Source: Mobula hypostoma (lineage: Eukaryota). From it: a DNA stretch of 64,000 bases. Position 1 is the first letter of the stretch; each line of letters starts with the position of its first letter. The position numbers and the translations under genes are program-made. The stretch lies in NCBI RefSeq assembly GCF_963921235.1, contig NC_086104.1, forward strand, positions 95,728,001-95,792,000. Reading direction: 5' to 3'. This document shows, in pieces, positions 13,213 to 25,044 of this stretch. Under the pieces are notes generated by a model. That model worked only from the letters and a program-made list of their open reading frames with translations, searched no databases and was not told the origin of the DNA.

Positions 13213-13550
13213 TGTGGACAGATGGGATCTGTTTCCCAGGGTTGAAATGTATAATACCAGAGGGCATGCATTTAAGGTGAGAAGGGGCAAGTTCAAAGGA
13301 GATGTGAGGGGTAAGCTTTTTGTTTTACACAGGGTGGCGTGTAACTGGAATGTGCTGCCTGGGGTGGTGGTAGAGGCAGATACATTTGGGACTATTAAAG
13401 AGACGTTTAGATAGGCACATGAATGTGAGAAAAATGGAAGGATATGGACATTGTATAAGCAGGAGGGATTAGTTTAGTTGACCATTTGATTAATTTAATT
13501 GGTTCGGCACAATATTGTTGGCCAAAGAGCCTGTTCCTGTACTGTTCTAT
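13213..13550 (+). mobile_element. CR1 LINE 3' end
   Basis: LFPRVEMYNTRGHAFKVR...WNVLPGVVVEA; CR1-type tail. Confidence 0.8.
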
Positions 13551-13736
13551 CTCTGTTTTCTTCCTATTTTTGCCATGTACTGTAAACTGACTACTTTCCA
13601 TCATGTGAGTTTGTGATGGTTCAGTATTGACTGGTTTTGTTGCAATTTCCGAAGCACATCTAACGACGCCTTGACATTTGGATGAGAATGAATCCTCCTG
13701 TCTGATTAATTTTTTCTCTAATCTCTTCTCACACAG

Positions 13737-13854
13737 GATTTTAGAACTGTGCCAGCAGTTTCCACAAGGAATCACCGACCAGGTTATTCAGAATGACATG
13801 CCGCAGGTGGAGCCACAGAAGAGAGCAATGGTTATCAACAGGCTTCTCTCAATA
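13737..13854 (+). CDS. POLR3F: POLR3F coding exon 2
   Basis: Acceptor TTCTCACACAG|; ILELCQQFPQGITDQVIQNDMPQVEPQKRAMVINRLLSI; donor |GTAGGT; 118 nt, phase-consistent. Confidence 0.96.
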
Positions 13855-15028
13855 GTAGGTCACTTAATGTTTGTAACAGAGCATCTTGTGTTTCTGTTTT
13901 GCATTTGCAACCTTGGGCCTCTCAGTTGTTAAGGTGATTTTGAACTGTAGTGTTGCAGCCAGCTGGTATTCAGCAAGGCATCGCAAACAGCAACAGTGTT
14001 GATAACTGTACAAACAGGTGCTGGTTAGGAATGAATGGAGCCATGGATTCCTCCTTTTCTTCTGTGTGATCTTCACACCCACTAGAGAGGGCAGGCGCGG
14101 CTGCATTTGTATTTCATCTGAAAGATGGTGCCCCTGCGTTGGCTTGGTATTGCACTAGGGAGTTAGCACTGATTATGGGTTTCATTTGCTGGAGAGAAGC
14201 TTGGAACTGCATACACATGGAAACTCTCTAGCTCGGCATCCTGGGGACCGGACTGATACTGGATCACTGAAAATCTGCAACCCTCCCCCCCCCCGCCCTG
14301 CAAGGAGCTGATACCCATTTCTACAATCCCACCACAACCACTCGTTTAATGTTTATAATTGTGTCCGGCTGTTTTTCTGCTGTTGTTACCTCCAGCGGAA
14401 TATTGGGAAATCGGGAGGATGGACACTATTGTCCATGGTACAAGTATCACCCTTCTTCCTTGATTACTGGTAAATTTGTTTTTTTTTAATTTTATTTTTA
14501 TTTGGATAAGGAATTCACAATTATCATGTACTTTTTTCACACATATAACCTTTTCCATTTTTTTATATGTATAAAACTACAATTATTTATACATTCTTAA
14601 GTACACATTGAGATGATATAAAAGGAAAATAAACATTTAAATAGATAATTATGTACTGTGGTAAATCTAACCTATTAGGCTAAGTAATGAAATTAGTTGT
14701 TAAGAAAAATGGTAATAATAGTTTCCATACAACCCTTCCGGACCATTTCCACTGGTCCAAAATGTTGCATACAAGCCTATATACCAACCATTGTAGGTGT
14801 TTATATCCCAATTTGTTCGTGCTTGTTCCTGCCCGCAGACATAATTATCCAATCCCTATGTACTTATTTATTTAATTTTTTCTTTTTTTTTTATCCCTTT
14901 CCCAAATCTTTCCCTTTACTTGTGTTAATTCTCTATTTTCCAAAAAAAAACAAACATTTAGACTAGGGGTGCTTACGTTAGCAATATTACTGTGTTGATG
15001 AGAAGGGCAATATAAATCATTAGGAGAG

Positions 15029-18000
15029 TCATCTAAAGTCTGCTCGCATTGGGGATATATATTCAATCCATTTATTCCAGATTTGATAAAATGTTTCTTT
15101 TTGAGTTCTCAGGGAGTAAGTCAACTTTTCCATTTTAAATATTTCCAAGATAATTTCGTACCAATCTTCTAATGTAGGTGGTATTGGATTTAGCCATTTT
15201 CTAGTGATTGATTTCTTACTTGCCGCTAAGAGGGCCTGCAGCAACTTTATATCTTCCTTCTGTTCAAGGAACAATACATGCCCCAAATAGAGCGTCTCAA
15301 AGTTCAGAGGTATCTGGGACCTAAGTACCTTAACTAATGTTCTATGAATACCTTCCCAAAATAGACTTAATTTAGGGCAATCCCAGAAAATATGAAAATG
15401 ATTTGCCTCCTTGGAGCCACACCTTCTCCAACACATCACATTTGTATCTTTATATTTTTCCTGATATGGGGTCTTGAAGTATCTTATAATGTTTTTCCAA
15501 CAATGTTCTCTCCAAGTCAAAGAATTAGTCGAGGACCATTGAAAGCTGCAGATTTTCCCCCAAGCCTCCCCTGAAAGTACCAACCCCGCTTCTTTCTCCC
15601 ACTTCTCTTTAATATACAGTGTATTTACATTTTTAGCATGGGAGAGTGCATTATATCGGCGAGAAACTGATTTACTAGGTATTGAACTGCAAGCCGAATT
15701 CAGAATCTTGAAAAATTCTAATTCTACTGTTGATAGGTCTGTATATCTACAACTCTGGTTAACATAGTTTCGTATTTGAAGGTACCTAAAAAAGTCATTA
15801 TGTTCTAGGCCATGTTTGTCCTGCAGGATTTGGAAACTTTGTAATACTCTTTTATCTATAAATGAGAGGTAGGTTGTAAGACCTTTCTTTATCCATAGCT
15901 CAAATCTTTTATCTCCTCTGTTGGGAAGGAATTCGGTATCATATGCACACCATCTAAAGAGTTTTAACATGTTATTAATTCCACATGAATTAACCACCTT
16001 CTGCCATACTTTTAATGTAAGATTTATCCAAGCATTATTAAATTTTTCCAACTGGGCCATCAATCCTTTGTCAGCTATTGAGGCCTGAAGAGGAAAACTG
16101 TCAACTAATCCAAATTCTATTTCCTTCCATCTAGCCTTATATTCCCTATTACACCAATATAACAGAGGGGTTATCTGTGAGGCATAAAAATAATTTCTCA
16201 GGCAAGGAAGAACCATACCTCCTCCTTCCTTCCCTAACTGTAAGGTGTTATATCTAATTCTAGGTTTCCTTCCTTGCCAAATGAAGCGGGAAATCCATTT
16301 GTCCCATTCCCTGAATTGATTATCATCCATCTCCACTGGTAAAGTACGGAAAAGATATAATAACCGAGGAAGAATATTCATTTTTATAGTATTTATCCTT
16401 GAGTTTAAACTTAAAAAGGGGATAAGATTCCATCTATGCATATCTGCTTTTATCTCTGAGATTAATGGCCCATAATTTACCTGTGACAGTGTTGAAAGAT
16501 CCTTCGGCAGGGTTATTCCTAAATATTTTAATGATTTAGCTTCCCACTTAAGATCGTATGTATCCTGCAATTTTTTGGATGGTGTATAATTTAGGGACAT
16601 AACCTGCGTTTTCTTTACATTTATTTTATAACCTGATATTTTTCCAACAGTGTGAACAATCCTATAAATGATTTTTCTGGTTCACTCAGATAGACCAAAA
16701 CATCATCTGCGAATAACGCCACTTTCTGTTCAATCCCTGCCACCTTGATACCTTTTACAATTTCGCTCTGTCTTATTAGTTGGGCAAGTGGTTCAATATA
16801 TAGCGCAAAAAGGAGAGGAGAAATTGGGCATCCCTGTCTAGTGCCTCTCTCTAAAATGAAGGAGTCAGAGAGGTCCCCATTTATCTTAATTCGGGCTGTA
16901 GGGCTGTCATATAGAGTCTGAATTACTTTAATAAACCTTTCTTGAAAGCCGAATCTTCCTAACACTCTGTATAGGAATGCCCAACTAACCGAATCAAAAG
17001 CTTTCTCAGCGTCCAATCCTACTACCATTGTCTCTGTCTCGTTCTTATTAACCTGTTCTAATACGTGCAGAGTTCTCCTTATGTTGTCCTGTGTTTGTCT
17101 TTGTTGAATAAATCCAGTCTGGTCTAAATGGATTAGGCCAGGTAAAAGCTTTTCTAATCTGCGCGCTAGTATAGATGTAAATAGCAACATACATCAAAGT
17201 TGCTGGTGAACGCAGCAGGCCAAGCAGCATCTATAGGAAGAGGCGCAGTCTCTTAAATAGTAAATAGTTTGTAATCTAAATTAAGAACACTAATTGGCCG
17301 ATAATTGCCACATTCTAGTTTATCTTTACCCTCTTTAGGAATAACTGAAATAATCGCTTCTCTCCAGGAAGGTGGAGTTTCTCCTCTCTGCAAGATCCAA
17401 TTAAAGGTGTTAAGTAGTAATGGGGCTAACTGTGTCTTCAGGGACTTGTACCACTCTGAGGTAAACCCATCAGAATCCGGGGACTTTCCAGCCTTTAACC
17501 TAGAGATGGCCACGTTCAGTTCTTTGACAGTTACTGGTTCTAATAAACTTTCATTTTGTAAATCTGTAAGTTTAGGTAGATCTAAAAAATTCAATACACT
17601 GTCTATATAGGGGTCATTGGGGGCCCGGGGTTGGGAGTACATCTCTCGATAATATGTTTCAAAACTCTCTTGAATTTTCCCTATTGTACTCTCCACAAGC
17701 TTTGTCTTTGGATTCTTTATTTTATGAATTGTATTGTCTGCTTGTTGTTTTCGTAATTTATATGCTAATAATCTAGCTGATTTACCTCCTACTTCATAAT
17801 TCTTTTGTCTCAGGTAAAGAAAATTTCTTTGAGTTTCCAACGTATAAATATCATCAATTTCACTTTGCAATTTCCTAATTTCCTGTTTTCGATTTGAATT
17901 ACTTTTGTTGCTATCTCCAACTTGAAGTTGTTTTAATTTTCCTTGAAGGTCTGCTAATTTTTGTGCATTGATTTTTTTCATGTGAGTAGTAATGGAAATA

Positions 18001-18878
18001 ATTTTCCCTCTCAGTACAGCTTTCAATGTATCCCATAAAATCACTGGTGATGTTTCTCCCGTGTCATTAAGGTCTAGATATTCTTTGATTTCTCCCCTTA
18101 ATCTCTCCATTACTTTCGGGTTATTGAGTATATGTGAGTTTAGCCTCCATAGTGTTTTCCTCATTTTCCTTTCCAGGATTAGAGACATAGAGACTGGGCT
18201 ATGATCCGACAGATCAATTGTTGCAATATTACAGTTTTTTATCCTGAGTCTATCTGTATTAAAGATAAAGAAATAGTCTATCCTTGAATAAGCTGAATGA
18301 GGGAAAGAGTAATATGTATAATCTTTACTAGTAGGGTGTAATTCCCTCCAGACATCTATAATTCCCAACTCCTTCATCAATGAATTCACTTTCCGAGTCA
18401 GAGGTTTATTCTGAGTAACTATTCTTGAAGAATCTAATATAGGATTTAATCTAATATTAAAATCCCCTCCACAAATTACTACCCCTCGAGAACTGACCAT
18501 TAGGTCAAAAATGTGTCTATAAAATGACCATTCACTACCTGGAGGAGCATAAACATTCAGCAATGTTATTTCTGTACCTTCTATTCTTCCTGTGATTTTT
18601 ACAAACCGTCCTTCTTTGTCTCTAGTCTCTGAAATATGTTCATAATTAAGAGTACTTGATATTAAAGTAGCTACCCCTCTTTTGTGACTCAATTTATATG
18701 ATGAATAAAATACATGCTTAAAGCCCATTCTTTTTAATTTTCCATGTTCAGATTGGCTCATATGTGTTTCCTGGAGGAAAGCTATTTGTGCCCTCTCTTT
18801 TTTCAATTTAGACATAATCTTATTTCTTTTAATTGGATTCAAAACCCCATTAACATTATAGGAAATTATTTTTACCAA
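15029..18878 (-). pseudogene. L1 ORF2p (APE endonuclease, RT, Cys-rich C-terminus) broken into three ORFs
   Basis: SYNVNG, FLQETH, GGDFN, SRIDY, SDHSP; [21 protein letters not shown]; CWRRCG...HIFWDC. Broken by an 83-nt insertion (17185-17267) and a frameshift near 16620-16650. Confidence 0.92.
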
Positions 18879-19252
18879 TTCAGTTTGCGTTTTATTCTAG
18901 TAGAAAAAAAGCACTCTCCTTTTCTAACCAAACAGTAAGCAATCCCTTCTCAACAGTAAACCAAGACATATAACCACACCCTAGACATTTCTGAACGTAT
19001 AACATTTGAAAATTTTTCCCGACTTCCCACAGTGAGGCCTGAGCACCGACCCACCTCAGTTCAGAGGGATAACCTCTATCTTCACCCTGTGTTAGAGGGC
19101 CCTCAGCAGTTTGAATAATCATAGAGAATTTTCTCCTATTTATGTCTCGCCCATATTGCTATCATTCAAGTTATTCCGCCTAGTTTATTTTCAGTTACCA
19201 GTTTTCATTTTACTTTTAAGTCCGATTTACTCTTTTCAGTCATTTCTCTTAA

Positions 19253-20239
19253 TTAATCTGTATTCTCTGTACATTCGCGTCTGAATATTTGCAGCTTTTC
19301 CTTGTAGTTTGACACTCTGGTTTGTGTGGAGCGTCCTCGCCCCACTAACTGCCACGACTTCTGCCGAATCCTCTCCAGTAGCGACTCCGGTTGGGTGATA
19401 ACTTTAATAGGTAGTCCCCGGTCCGCCAGGTCCAACGTTGCCTCCTCCACTGTAGCGTAAGTTTTTGTCCCTTCGTCGTAAAAGACTCTCAGCCGAGCTG
19501 GATACAGGGTCTGGAATCTGATGTTGTTTTCCTTCAGGACTCTCCGTGTTTCGGTATATTCCTTCCGTCTGGCAAGAATCCCCAGTGCGTAGTCGTGGTC
19601 TAAACTGATTTTGCAGTTGTTCCACATGAAACCTTTCTTTTGCCATGCTCTTTTAAGCACCTCTTCCTTCGTTCTGTAACTGAGAAATCTGATCAGAATC
19701 GATCTGGGCTGGGCGCCTGCCGGAGGCTGTGGTGCCAACGCGCGGTGAGCCCTTTCTATCTGTAGGTCTTTTGCGGCCGGTATATCAAGGTTCTTTCTAA
19801 GCAGCTTCTCCACGAAGGGAATCATCAATCCGGGTTTACCTTCGGTTCCTTCGGGAACTCCGTAGATCCTCACATTTTCCCTTCTCGAGCGGCCTTCTTG
19901 ATCTATTAGTTTCCACTGGAGCTGGTCTTGTAGCTTCAGCATTTCTGCTATCACTTCCTCGGCGTTTTGTAGCTTCTCTTCAATTCCAACAATCCTCGCT
20001 TCTGCTTCATCTATCCGCGAGTTAGTTTTTACTATTTCTCCTTTAATATCTTCCAGCTGTTTGCTGTTATCTTGTCGGAACTCGCGAATCTCTCCGAGAA
20101 TCAAAGACAGAGTCACCGATTCCCCCTCATTATCTCCGTCCTGGCTTGCCGTGGGGGAGCTAGGCCCGTCGCCTTGCTGCATCTCTTTATGTTTATCAGC
20201 CTTCGAAGCGGACTTTTTATTCTTGTTCTTAGACATCAT
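19253..20239 (-). CDS. L1 ORF1p (coiled coil + RRM + CTD), uninterrupted, 328 aa
   Basis: EGRSRRENVRIYGVPEG, IERAHR, PRSILIRF and LYPARLRV motifs typical of L1 ORF1p. Confidence 0.9.
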   Translation of the reverse strand: MMSKNKNKKSASKADKHKEMQQGDGPSSPTASQDGDNEGESVTLSLILGEIREFRQDNSKQLEDIKGEIVKTNSRIDEAEARIVGIEEKLQNAEEVIAEMLKLQDQLQWKLIDQEGRSRRENVRIYGVPEGTEGKPGLMIPFVEKLLRKNLDIPAAKDLQIERAHRALAPQPPAGAQPRSILIRFLSYRTKEEVLKRAWQKKGFMWNNCKISLDHDYALGILARRKEYTETRRVLKENNIRFQTLYPARLRVFYDEGTKTYATVEEATLDLADRGLPIKVITQPESLLERIRQKSWQLVGRGRSTQTRVSNYKEKLQIFRRECTENTD

Positions 20240-20794
20240 CCTTGCCCCTTTTATTAATATAGTTATGCAATATTAAGTATTTGTCTAAATTCGATTTTGG
20301 GGCAGTTTACCTTCTTTTTTGTCGAGAGACCTTTTCCTTACGCCGCCATTCCCTTGATGACCCAGATTACTGGTAAATTTGATGTTGCATGTGATAACAG
20401 CAATCATCAGTAAGACTGTTTCCTTTTGGGTAATAGGGTCTGACTCTGGCACTAACTTAGCTCTTCTGCTGAAATCCTCATCCATATCTTTTTAACCTTT
20501 TTTTTTAAGATTCCAATATTTTCCCTGCTAGCCTTCCCTCCCGTAGCCCAAAGTAATCCAAAACCCTCTCTGCAGATAGTGCCAATTCCTGTTCATCCAC
20601 CACACTCTGCTTATTCTGCTGGTTTCCATTTGGGCATCTCAATGCCCCCAACTCTTCCCATCTCTAACGTCCCCCAGCCCTGCAAGTAGAGAACGACTTT
20701 CAATTCTGATCTCTTGAACATACCTGATTTTAGTAATTGCAACTTTAGCACTCTGTAAATCTCTGCATCTCCTCAAAGCTTTAGATGTGCATCC

Positions 20795-21292
20795 TAACAT
20801 GCTCATGCTGATCACCGTGTGGTGTGGAAACCACACCAGGACAGGTGACAGGAGGACTCCACAACTGGTGGTTAAATGGCCCACTGGCACCAGCCTGCCC
20901 ACCATCAAGGACATATATACAGAAAGGTTCCGGAAAAAGACCAGCAACATCATGAAGGATTCCTCCCATCTTGCTCGTGGACTGTCTGTCCTACTCCCAT
21001 CGGGGAAGAGGCTACCGAACATCCACGCCAGGACCACTGGACTCAGAAACAGTCGCTCCCCCCAGTCGTCAGACTGATCAAACCTCCATCCCACCACCAC
21101 AACGTACACATCACCGAGCGTCACGTCACCTGCATACAATCAGTCTCTGTATAGAGCAGTTACTTGTACACTGTTTTTATAGGATTGCCGTTGTAATTGT
21201 AATTATTGTGTTTGTTTTGTTTTTTAAGCTTACTGTGTTTTTATGCTTAAACTTGTATAATGAAGAATGACAATAAAACACTTGAATTTTAA
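20795..21292 (+). mobile_element. Rex1-like LINE 3' fragment
   Basis: ITVWCGN...GTSLPTIKDIYTER...LLPSGKR...RTTGLRNS; tail ACAATAAAACACTTGAA. Confidence 0.7.
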
Positions 21293-21339
21293 ATTAAATG
21301 CTTCTTCTATAATATTAAGTTCTAAGAAGCATTTTATTA

Positions 21340-21343
21340 TTAT

Positions 21344-21376
<33 letters not shown>

Positions 21377-21389
21377 ATGTGTATGTATA

Positions 21390-21423
<34 letters not shown>
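21340..21423. repeat. Compound (TG)n/(TA)n microsatellite
   Basis: Direct inspection. Confidence 0.95.
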
Positions 21424-21472
21424 CCCGTATGAAGTACATATATGAAGTTCTAAGAAGCATTTTATTACTATA

Positions 21473-23003
21473 CAGGTTTCCCCGCCATCCGAAGGTAGAG
21501 CGTTCCTACGAAACGGTTCGTAAGCCGGAATGTCGTAAAGCGAAGAAGCAATTACCATTTATTTATACGGGAAAATTTTGTGAGCGTTCGCAAACCCAAA
21601 AATAACCTACCAAATCATGCCAGATAACACGTAAAATCTAAAATAACAGTAACATATAGTAAAAGCAGGAATGATATGATAAATACACAGCTTATATAAA
21701 GTAGAAACACTTTTCCACAATCATCGCCTGAACTGTTCTCCGTAGTGAAAATCTCACACAAGCGCCATCGGCAAAAACACACACAAGCGCTCTCCAGTAA
21801 CCTTTAAGCTATGAAGCTGCCAAGTCATACCAAATAACAGGTAAAAATACACAGCCGATATAAAGTAGAAATAATGTGTGTACTGTGTAGTATCACTTAC
21901 CGGAATTGGGAAAGCACGGAGCACACTGATGATGGTGTGTTAGACTGAATCATCAGAGTTTGGGTGGTGCAGTGGCCCCCACCCTCCAGGCCGCTGAGTG
22001 ATACATTGCCGCGAAGCATGCAGTGGTCCAGCGGTAGCCGGGAGGCACACAGCACATCTTTAAGAAAAAAGCCGAAATAAACATGCTAATTAATTAGGTG
22101 CCGCCTGACACGTAATTGGCAGCCCAGATCAGTGATGATTGCTGATTGCGTCGCCTCTGATCTCAGCCGACAATTACGTGTCGGGTGCCACCTAATTAAT
22201 TAGCATATTTATTTCAGCTTTTTTCTTAAAGATGTGCTGTGTGCCTCCCGGCTACTGCTGCATTCTCTGCGAATTGATATCTGTCCGCGGCCTGGGTGTT
22301 AGGGTGGTGGGACACTGGGGTGTCATCTCATCGTTGTCTGTTTCCATTAGAGCAGGCAGCTCATCTTCTATGACTGCCCGTCTCGATGTCGAAGATCGAG
22401 GTTCGTCGTCTGCTGTGGCTGATGTGGAAGGCTTGCTTGACTGCTGAGCCTCGCACATTTTTATATCATACGGTTCTTTGTAAGCACTCAAACCATCCTG
22501 CAAATATCCCCTAAACCGATGTACTCTTTCAAAATTAAAGTCGTACTTTATCATTACCTATTCAGTTTCGATTGTTATCCTTTCCTCTTCCAATTGCATC
22601 AGCTCTTCATCTATCAGCTCTTGGTCATGGGATGCCAAAACCTCTTCAACATCATCTTTGTCAACTTCCACAAGCCAAACTCACTTCGTCCTTACTTCAT
22701 TCACCACGATTGGAGCGCTTAATTATGTCTAGTTTTACGCTAAGTGTAACACCCTTACGAGCTCTTTTAGGCTTTTCTGATACCATAGAACTCATCTTGC
22801 AAACGGCTGCTCACAGGCTCGTGTTTAAGCAATGCCGGGGAGAATGCCGTTTCGAATTTGGGGGAGAGCGGCTGCTCGGGGCGCGCGGCGCACTGCCTTT
22901 TTCATAACTGAAAACACCTTCTGTTAGCGAAAACGGTACTAATGTAGGACTTTCGTAACAGTGAGTTTCGTAAAGTGAACGTTCGAAAAGCGGGGGACAC
23001 GTG
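21473..23003 (-). mobile_element. Internally deleted pogo/Tigger DNA transposon
   Basis: Imperfect TIRs (TA|CAGGTTTCCCCGC... and ...GCGGGGGACACGTG). Minus strand encodes an N-terminal RARKGVTLSVKLDIIKR joined to C-terminal VEVDKDDVEEVLASHDQELIDEELMQLEEE and DFNFERVHRFRGYLQDGLSAYKE, homologous to the ORF at 46103-47773. Confidence 0.82.
21970..22317. mobile_element. Palindromic hAT-type MITE nested in the Tigger element
   Basis: CAGTGG...CACTG-type ends; near-complete internal inverted repeat; same family as 35774-36079. Confidence 0.75.
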
Positions 23004-23484
23004 TGTGTGTGTGTGTGTGTGTGTGTATATTGATGTATAAAGTTCTAAGAAGCATTTTATTACTAATATTTGTAAAATCTGTGCGGTCTTTGAGACAAAT
23101 CTCTGGTAACACTCCAGGGAAGCAGCTCAGAATGTTCTATTGCACTTCGTAAATACATGCGTTGTTGAAAGTTTCTAGCCTTTGTAGTTAAGCACTGTGC
23201 TTCCAGATGCCGAATCCAATACTGGAGTGCAGTACATTTCAAATCAATTGTGTGATGGCTCTTCTTTGTTTTTGAAGCCTTAATCTGTCTGGTACGGTTA
23301 GGTGGGTTGAGGAATAGGGTATGCAGAAATACTTCGTCATTTAGTTTGAAGAGCACGATTTGCCAATAGCATGTGAGATCGGTAATGTTTGCTGAAAACT
23401 TTAGTTATATTGCTGTAGCTTTGAAATGTTGATCACTTTTTAAGTGGGGAGGCTGACAAAATAACTGTTGCTGAATCATTTCAG

Positions 23485-23552
23485 GGCCAGCTAGATCTGC
23501 TGAGGGGCACTGCTGGTCTCCTTTACCGCATCAAAGATTCCCAGTCTGCAAG
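23485..23552 (+). CDS. POLR3F: POLR3F coding exon 3
   Basis: TTTCAG|GQLDLLRGTAGLLYRIKDSQSA(S)|GTGAGA; 68 nt. Confidence 0.96.
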
Positions 23553-24055
23553 GTGAGACCTTTCCCATTTAATCTCAGGGAACAGGAAAGCGCCAGCTTT
23601 GCGTCACTTGCATTTAGACTTTTCTATAGTGGAGCACATACATATACAGCAGGAAGCCATTCCAGCCTTTGGTCTTGCTCTACGGTTTTGACAGATTATG
23701 ATTGATGCATCTCTTGACTCAATTATTTTGCCTTGTGAACAATGTTGGCAATGTTCTTTTTCATTTATTCTCTTTCCATGATCTGGGCATTGCTGGCCTT
23801 TTGCCTATCCCTAATTGCCCTCAGTATGGTGGATGCCTTTCAAGGGCATTAAAGTCACCCTCGTGGTGGGCAGGATATTGTCCAGACTGGGGAAGAGTGG
23901 CTCATTTCCTCCCGTGAAGGATCAGTGAACAAGGTGGGATTTTGCTGCAGTTCTGTCATGGTGGGATTTGAATTTGGGCTCTGGATTGTCAATCCCAGTC
24001 CCTGCACCACTGGTCCAATAACTTAACCAATGTGCCGTTGTTCTACCCTTTGTTA

Positions 24056-24400
24056 CATAGAACACGACATGCTCCTCAGCCCATAATGTTGTGCTGACCC
24101 TATAACCTACATCTAAAATCATCTAACCCTTCCCTCCCACATAAACCCTCCATTTTTCTATCATCCATGTGCCTATCTAAGAGCTTCTTAAATGTCCCTA
24201 ATGTATCTGCCTCGACCACCACCCCTGGCAGAACATTCCACACACCCACCACCCCTGTCATCCCCCTATACTTTCCTCCAATCGCCTTATAATTATGCCT
24301 CCTTGTGTTAGCCATTTCTGCCTTGGGAATAAGTTTCTGGCTGTCCACTCAATCTCTGCCTCTTATCATCTTGTACACCTGATCACCTCTCATCCTTCTT
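24056..24400 (-). mobile_element. CR1 LINE 3' fragment
   Basis: WNVLPGVVVEADTLGTFKKLLDRHMD. Confidence 0.8.
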
Positions 24401-24817
24401 TGCCCCTAGCTTTCTCAAACAAATCTGCATGCATGCAAGGATAGTTAGAGGTGGGGGGGCATGAGGTGAGATATTGTTAATCAGTTTTTTCCTTGCTTCA
24501 CCGATACAGGGTTAAAAGGGAAAATTTAGGATAGATACCATAAAGAATGTCATTGTATGGATTGAAAAACACAGTTAAATGTCTGATGATCTAAATGTTC
24601 TGTGTTTTGTTCTGTGAATTGGCAGAATGAAATTTGAGGCCAACTGCTGGTTCTATTTAACTGCTGGCCTATGAATGGAATGAGCTGTTCAGTTGGTACT
24701 CAGGAATCACGAAGTTCAGTGGTTTTTTTTCAGAAAAAATTGCTGCCCTCAGTAAATAGTTTCTGTTCCTATTGTACACCGAAGTATTTCTGTTTTTTTT
24801 TGATGGAAACTCTAGTG

Positions 24818-25020
24818 CAGTGGTCCCCAACCACCGGACTGCAAGGAAATGATATGATTTGGCGATATGAAATGATATGAGTCAGCTGCACCTTTCCTCA
24901 TTCCCTGTCACGCACTGTTGAACTTGAACACCCCCCACACCCCCCCCCCAGCTGGCTAGCCCGCAAGAATATGGTCAATATTAAACTGGTCCACGGTGCG
25001 CAAAAGGTTGGGGACCCCTG
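24818..25020 (+). mobile_element. hAT-Charlie MITE (deletion derivative of the element at 35165-36324)
   Basis: TIRs CAGTGGTCCCCAACC / GGTTGGGGACCCCTG; 8-bp TSD CTCTAGTG (24810-24817) / CTCTGGTG (25021-25028). Confidence 0.88.
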
Positions 25021-25044
25021 CTCTGGTGAACACCAGACCTTTGA

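Larger units (their letters stand above)
14479..20364 (-). mobile_element. Full-length L1 retrotransposon (about 5.9 kb), antisense in POLR3F intron 2
   Basis: 17-bp TSD GATTACTGGTAAATTTG at 14462-14478 and 20365-20381; A-tail; ORF1 plus APE-RT-CCHC ORF2. Confidence 0.93.

Noticed and set aside
21230-21605. ORFs rich in HT/CV dipeptides
   Set aside because: Translations of (TG)n/(TA)n microsatellites.
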